DNA from: the human T2T-CHM13v2.0 reference genome, Homo sapiens
Assembly (NCBI RefSeq): GCF_009914755.1
Contig: NC_060925.1
DNA: 64,000 nucleotides
Strand: one strand, 5' to 3'
The number at the start of each line of letters is the position of its first letter. The first letter of the stretch is position 1. Made by a program: the position numbers and the translations under genes. Under the pieces are notes generated by a model. The model saw nothing but the letters and a program-made list of their open reading frames with translations. It ran no database searches and was not told the DNA's origin. Below are positions 57,001 to 64,000 of this stretch, one piece after another.

Positions 57001-58450
57001 TGTAATGAGAAAGGAGTTTTATTTTCCTGCCCTCAGACCAATTCTCAAACTTCCTACTTTTCCTAATGGAAACTCATCTTAATATAAAATCCACTGAAAA
57101 TGATACAATTTTTAAGAATATGCCAACTGTTCTCTGGGCCTCGTGGTACAAACAAGTTTGTATTGTGACTAAAGGCAGAACTTGTACTCATTACCTGGAA
57201 AAAGAACAAGCCTTTCTCGTCAGTAGCCCTGTACCTCCTCTCTCAAGATGCAGAAGAAGGAATTGAAACTATAATATGGTCTCTTTTATAGCTGGGCATT
57301 CTTTATTTCTTTACCCTCTAACATCCCGATCTTACCATTAAAGAAAGAAGAGGAATTTGATGCAGATGGGAATGAAATCTATTGATTTGTACGATATCTA
57401 AGAGCCAGAAACTCTTTTGAAATTCCTATTTACCCAACTTCATAGTCCTTAATCCAGCTACCATTCTTACCTCAGTCCCTGCTGGTGCACCTGGTTTATA
57501 ATAATTAACTTTTGCTCAGCTTTCTTTTTAGTTCCATTGTACCCTACTTACAATTTCCCTTTGCATTTACATTTAGAAGGAGACAATTAACATAAACTTG
57601 CATACATCAGGAATACTGTGAATCCCAGCCAGTATTTTTTCCAAGTCCCTAATGCTGACTTGGACTGAAAAAACTTTACCCAAGGCTCCACTCTTTTTCA
57701 GTATTTGATGACCTTTGGCTTTTAACCAAACTAAACAGAGTCCTCTGACAGATTCCCTCATTCTCTTAAAAGCACAGCTGAATGAGGCTGTAAAGACTTC
57801 CCATCAAAATTTCAGTGGTGAGAACCAATTGCATCTGATCAATTTAGAGATTTATTTATCCAAGGTTAAGGATATGTCTTGGAAAAAGGAACACAAAACC
57901 ACAAGAACAATCTGTGATCCATGCTTTTTCCAAAGAGGTTTTTGAGGCCTTCAATACTAAAAGAGAAAGAGTGAGCTGGAGGAAGGGTATGGTCACATTA
58001 CTGAATCCATATGTTGCACATTAAAAGGAGACAGTAGAGGAATAGTCAATATGTATTTGACTCTTGCTCGGTCTGTACTTCATGTAAGATAAAATCAACA
58101 TAGAGTAGCTTCCTGTGGAAACATTTTTTTTTTCTGTAGCTATCCATGTAGGAACAAAAGGAAAGGCAGTTTCTTCTGTGACAACAGCTTCCAGTTTAAC
58201 TTTTCCCTTTCACATAGTGAATTGGAGTCCCAGTTTTTTGTTTTCCTTTCATAATGGGTACAACCAGCTGCAACCTCTTTAGGACATGAGATACCACAGA
58301 ATACTCAAAAGCTCAGCTGAAAATGAAAAAAAAAAAGCAAAAAACTCTCTGTCAATAAAAAAAAAAAGCTACATAAATTTCTAGGGGCAACTGGCTATTG
58401 TCACCAATTAATTTCTAATTTATAATATGCTAAAACCCCATATTTCCCAA
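54006..58450 (+). mobile_element. MER34/MER4-group internal region with decayed gag-pro-pol, 3'-truncated
   Basis: Zinc-knuckle relic CRY(R)KIPGH(*)KDNC at 56538-56579; protease relic DF*MDTCVTFSTI at ~56754-56792; RT relics (CSAFF at ~57512, QY-DDL at ~57699, FLGATGYC at ~58378). No env or 3' LTR seen. Confidence 0.75.
57819..58253 (-). mobile_element. MER4-family solo LTR inserted in the RT relic
   Basis: ATCAATTTAGAGATTTATT..CCAAGGTTAAGGA ... AACTTTTCCCTTT..TAGTGAATTGGAGTCCC..TTTTCCTTTCATA; TSD GTGG/ATGG; RT resumes on both sides. Confidence 0.8.
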
Positions 58451-58459
58451 CTTGCATTT

Positions 58460-59140
58460 CCTTACAACAGTACTTTTGCAGACATCTCTGGATAAAAGCA
58501 GTTATAACCCTGTTTGACCACTGTCCTGCAACCTGCACCCTCCACCAAGAGACCTGGGCAGAGTCAGGCCCACCCATGCCTCAGCTACCAGATCTGTCAA
58601 ACTCAGTCTCAGCTATAGACCAAAAAAACAACCCATGGCCTGGCTTCAGCCCCTCCTGGCCATGATCTGGGAATAGTTCTGTCCATCCAGGGATCTGCTG
58701 GGAGATATTTAAAATCCATGCCCACAGAGGCGGATCTGACTGCGGATACTGAAGTGGCACTGTAACTCAGTTTGAGCCCCTCTCAGCTGTGGGTTAGGAC
58801 TGTCCTACCCACCTAAGGACCCACCAGAAAAAACTTGTCTATGTCTATGGATATAGGCCCACTGACCTCAGTTCAACTACAGATATTGCATCAACCTTAT
58901 AACCCAGCTCCAGCCCCTACCAGCCACAGCTTGGGAATAATTTTGCCTGCCCAAGCACAAGCCTGGAAACATGCTCTCACAGATCCCCAGAAGCTGATCC
59001 CTGACCTTGGTCCCATGGCTGATCTTGAAACAACCCTGTAACCCAGTTCTAGGTCCTTCCAGCCATGGTCCAGGGAAGTCCTGCCTACTCAGGGGCCCAG
59101 CAGGAGGCACACCTGACTGTGCTTCCATAGGTAGTCCTAA
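58460..59140 (+). repeat. GC-rich array of ~135-145-bp diverged monomers, probable old L1M 5'UTR
   Basis: Recurrent CAG(C/T)T..AGCCCC..CAGCCA..GGGAA..GTCCTGCC units near 58622, 58768, 58903 and 59042. Confidence 0.55.
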
Positions 59141-59149
59141 AAAAATTAA

Positions 59150-62100
59150 GCCATCCTTCTCAAACTCTTCTGTAAAATGAAAGAGAAGGGAAAACATGCA
59201 AATTCATCTTATGAAGCCAACATCACTTTTAAACCAAAGCCAGATAAAGACACCACGATGAAGGATAATCATAGGCCAGCATCCCCAATGAACTCAGATA
59301 CAAAAATCCTCAGCAAAATACTAGTAACCCAAATTGAACAACACATTAAAAAGATTATACCCAAGGGGTAAGTGAGATTTATTCTTGGGTTGCAAGAATT
59401 GTTCAATATATGCAAATCAATACATGTGATTCAGCACATTAACAGAATGAAGGATACAAATAATATTGTCATCTCAATAGATGCAAGAAAAAATTCTGAC
59501 AGGTTCAACATCTTCTGATGATACATGTAAAGATGCTCAAGAAAGTAGACATAGAAGTAATGCACCTCAATGTAATAAAGGCCATGCATGACAAGCCCAC
59601 AGCTAACATCATACTCAATGATAAAAAGCTAAAAGCTTTTCCTACAAGATCAGGAATAAGACAAGACACTCTGCATTTCTCGTCATCATAGTACTTGAAG
59701 TCCCAGCAAGAAGAATTGGACAAAAGTATAATAAATAGAAGACATTGAAATGAGAATGGACAGAGAAATTATTGCTATTTACATATGAGTTGATCTTATA
59801 CATAGGAATCCCTAAAGACACACCTCTACACACACACATACAAAAACTGTTAGAACTAACAAACACATTTTGTAAAGTTGCAAGATACAACACCAACATA
59901 CAGAAATCAGTTGCTTTTCTGTATACTAATTACATACTTCCTGAAAAGGAAATCAACAAACCAGTTTGATTTAAAATGCTACAAAAATAATAAAATACTA
60001 AGAAATACATTTAGCCAAGGAGGTGAAAGATTTGCACCCTGAACTATATATGGATGAGATAAATTAACAAAGACACAAGTACATGGAAAGAATGGCCATG
60101 AATTTAAAGCATTAATGATGTTAAAGTGCTCATTTTACCCAGAGTTATCTATAAATTCAATGCATTCCTGTCAAAATTCCAATATAATTTTTCAAAGAAG
60201 AAAAACAAAATTAAACTCATATTGAACTAGAAAAGACCTCAAACAGTCAAAGGAATCTTGAGAAAAGAGGAAGGCTGGAGACATCACACGCCTTGATTTC
60301 AAACTATATTACAAAGCTAAAGTGATCAAAAAAGTATGTCATTGGCCTCAAAATACATATATAGACAAATGGAGTAGAATAAGTAGCCCAGAAATAAACT
60401 CATGCAAATACAGTTAGCTAATCTTTGACAAGATCACCTAGAATACATAATGGAAAAGGATAATCTCTTCAGTAGTTCTGGAAAAAACTGAATATCTACC
60501 TGAAAAGAATAAAATAGGCCTCTTTTTTACACTATACACACAAAAAAATTCAAAAGTGATTAAAGACTTAAATGTAAGAACTGAAACCATAAAACACTAC
60601 CAAAAAACATAGAAAAAGAGTGTTGGCAATATTTTTTAATATTACAGTAAAAGCACAGGCAATGGAGGCAAAATAATCAAGAAAGACTATTGTACATCAA
60701 ACTAAATTCTGTACAGCAGAGAAAACAGTCAACAAAATGAAAGGCAGCCTACAGAATATTAGGAAATGTTTGCAATCAATATATCTAATAAGAGGTTAAT
60801 AAACAAAATATATACAAAATATGTATAAAATCAATATCAAAAGAGCAAATAACCTGATTAAAAAATGGGCAAAGGATCTAATAGACATTTTTCCAACAAA
60901 GACTTACAAATGGCCAACCAGTATATAAAAAGATCCCAAACATCATTAATTATGAATAAGGAAATATAAGTCAAAACCACAATGGGGTACCACCACACAC
61001 GTGTTAGGATGGTTACTATAAAAAATAAAGACAGATAACAAGTGCTAGTGAGGATCTGTGGCAAAGTAAACCCTTTTACAAAGCAAATATAAATTTGTAC
61101 AGGCATTATAAAAAACTGTAGATATTGCTTAAGAAATTATAAATAGAACTGCCATATGATCCAGAAATTCTACTTCTGGGTATAAAACCAAAGTAAATAA
61201 AATCAGTATATTGAAAGAGATATTTACACCCTGGAAGACAGTTCTCATGATGGCTTTAGACCAACTCAGTTCTTCCATCTTCTAATTTGTAGTTCTCACT
61301 ACTAACTGTAGAATATGCTGGGTATGCAACATTCTGAGATAGAGAAGGAGTGTCAGAAATAGGTTGGATTCTGTTCTTGTTCCTCTACCAAACCACTCAG
61401 AAAAAAGGAGGTCCTTCGACACTTTCATCCAACAACTTAAATTGTCCCTGGGTATACAACCTTTTCAGCGCAGCATTTTGGGGTCCCTCAGCTGCAGTGC
61501 AAGTAAGGCATGCGCAGTTAAGACTCCATCAACTCCTGTGCAGCTCTCCTGAGCCTTGGGAGAGCAACTCAAAATGAATCCTGGGCTTCTGTTATCCCTG
61601 GCTGCCTTTCTGTAAGTAATAAGTCCCATTCATGTAATTCATCCTGTGTGAGTGTTTGTTTCACTGGACTCAGACAAGTTGGTTACCCGTACCCAGTGAA
61701 CTTGTTTTACACACCCTTATATACATTGCAGCATTCACTTACTAAATAAAGTCAGCCTGACACAGAAAGGAAAACACTGTCCCATCTCACTTACATGTGG
61801 AATCTAAAAAAGTCAAAAACGTAGAAGCAGAGAGTAAAATGGTGGTCCCCAGAGGCAGCAAAGCGGGAGAAATGGGGAAATGTTAGTCAAATCAAAGGTT
61901 AAAAAGATGCAGTATGTCTTTATTACAGCCATATTGACAATAACCAAGATATGATAACAACCTAAGTGTCTGTCAACAAATAAATGGATTTTAAAATGTG
62001 GCATGTATACAAAACAGAATATTATTCAGCCATACAAAAGAAGGAAATCAAGCCATGTGTGACAACATAGATAACCTGGAGGACATTATGCTAAGTGAAA

Positions 62101-62548
62101 TAAGCCAGTCACAGAAAGACAAGTACTGCATGATCTCTGTTATATGTGGAGTCTATAAAAGTCAAACTTATAGAAGCAGAGTATAGAAAGATGGTTGCCA
62201 GGAGCTGTTGGGAGTGAGGTGGGTGGGGTATGTGAAGATATTAGCCAAACAGTACCAACAAAAGGTTATAGGATTAATAAGTTTTGGATATCCAATGTGT
62301 AGCATAGTGATTATAATATCTGAAAATATTATAGTTAGTATCACAGTCTGACATTCTATAATTTGATAAGAGTGTAGACCTATGTGTTCCAACCCCCTAC
62401 ACACACACCACACAGAGATAACTGAGGTGAGGAGGTATTAATTAATTTCACTGTGACAATCATTTTACAATATATAAAGATTTCAAAATTTATGTATACC
62501 TTAAATATATATAATTTTATGTGTTAATTATACCTCAAAAAACTGGAA
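59150..62548 (+). mobile_element. L1MA-like ORF2 and 3'UTR, interrupted by an LTR47-like solo LTR
   Basis: ORF 59177 NSSYEANITFKPKPDKD..RPASPMNSDTKILSKIL; collinear ORF2 through AATTATACCTCAAAAAACTGG at the 3' end. Confidence 0.88.
61232..61711 (+). mobile_element. LTR47-like ERVL solo LTR
   Basis: TG...CA termini; AACTGTAGAATATGCTGGG, GGGGTCCCTCAGCTGC, GGACTCAGACAAGTTGG; perfect 5-bp TSD CACCC (61227-61231 / 61712-61716). Confidence 0.85.
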
Positions 62549-62967
62549 GAAAAGGGAAATATTTCATTTAAGAAATTTCTACTATTTTATACACTGATAT
62601 TTGCATTATTTTATGACATTTTCCAAAAAACAATGCATAAATCTATAGATTATAGATTTGTTCACCATGGGAGTCCTATACAGAATAGGTACACTCTGCT
62701 AAAAACATCCTATAAGTAAGGACTCTTTCATGTTCAGATCCAAGTAATGTGCTTATTAAAACACATATCAATGTGTTTTAAAAAACATGTCAACAGCATA
62801 TTTTTAAGAGAGTTTTACTGGACCACTTTTTTCCTCCAAGATTTGTCTCCAAGGTAAAGGGAAAAAAAATACATTTCAGATCCACTACTAATTGTTATCT
62901 AAGTGATCGCTGCTTAGAAGTTTTGTTGTTTGTGTGTCTTTTATGTGTTTTTTTTTTCCTCTTGTAA

Positions 62968-63286
<319 letters not shown>

Positions 63287-63530
63287 AACCCTCTTACAAT
63301 TTCAAGTACATAAGGTTTGGAGTTGTTACTCTCCAGTGTAGCATAATTATTGTTTTGTTAAACTATAGTCTGAGAATTTAATCCATGACAATGCAAGCTG
63401 TTGCTTTAAATTGTTGGTATTTTGGAGTTCTTCTTTGTGAACCTTTATAAGATGTTTTTATTTTTGATGTACAAATAAAATACATACAGATATATATGCA
63501 TATCTGTGCATATATAACATATACATTATA

Positions 63531-63531
<1 letters not shown>

Positions 63532-63562
<31 letters not shown>

Positions 63563-63572
63563 AATATATATA
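63532..63572. repeat. (TG)n(TA)n compound microsatellite
   Basis: Read directly. Confidence 0.9.
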
Positions 63573-64000
63573 AAATTAGTTGTAAGAAAAACATAATGAG
63601 CCCACATAGATTTAGACAGAATGCTGCTAATGGCACAGAAGAGAACATGAGCTTCATGTGTGCCTAGGCAGATGGTGAACACATGGTGATTTTTGCCATA
63701 GTTGAAGAACACTCAGCATACGAACCTCTAAAATTATTAGGGATGGCTGACAAATCTGCCCACACTTTGCCCATGGGGAAAGGAAGGAGGCCTATCTTGG
63801 TATTTCTCTACATAAAGAATATGAATAAATTTGCTAACTGATCCACATAGAAACAGTTTTTCTAACTTCCAAGACTGTTAATATATAGACTTGCAGAAGT
63901 GTCAGAGACTTGGAAAACTATCTCCTCCAGAGACACATGATTATTTATTTATATATAGTGTGGAAAAGTGATTTAGGGGCATTCCCTGTCTTCTTCAGGA

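Overview
AT-rich, gene-free human genomic DNA (intergenic or deep intronic). A near-consensus AluYa8 supports human origin. I found no protein-coding gene, RNA gene or CpG island. Every recognisable ORF in the track is a decayed L1 or endogenous-retrovirus fragment. Contents: two 5'-inverted (twin-primed) L1PA insertions; a 6.2-kb internally deleted HUERS-P3-like provirus (tRNA-Pro PBS, 4-bp TSD) carrying a nested solo LTR12 and an Alu; a 3'-truncated MER34/MER4-group provirus (gag-pro-pol relics) with a nested MER4-type LTR; several solo LTRs (MSTA, MSTB, LTR47-like and others); MER20, MER47 and MER1B DNA transposons; old L1M/L2 fragments; and microsatellites. I do not see a previously undescribed biological system. 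The most notable items are an unexpectedly homogeneous inverted duplication within an ancient L1MB (including a 67-bp perfect tract) flanking a 1.1-kb spacer, a mosaic 7/8-diagnostic AluYa8, and the CCAAT-amplified LTR12 nested antisense in the provirus. Family names come from recalled consensus sequences, not a database search. Ends of old repeats are approximate.
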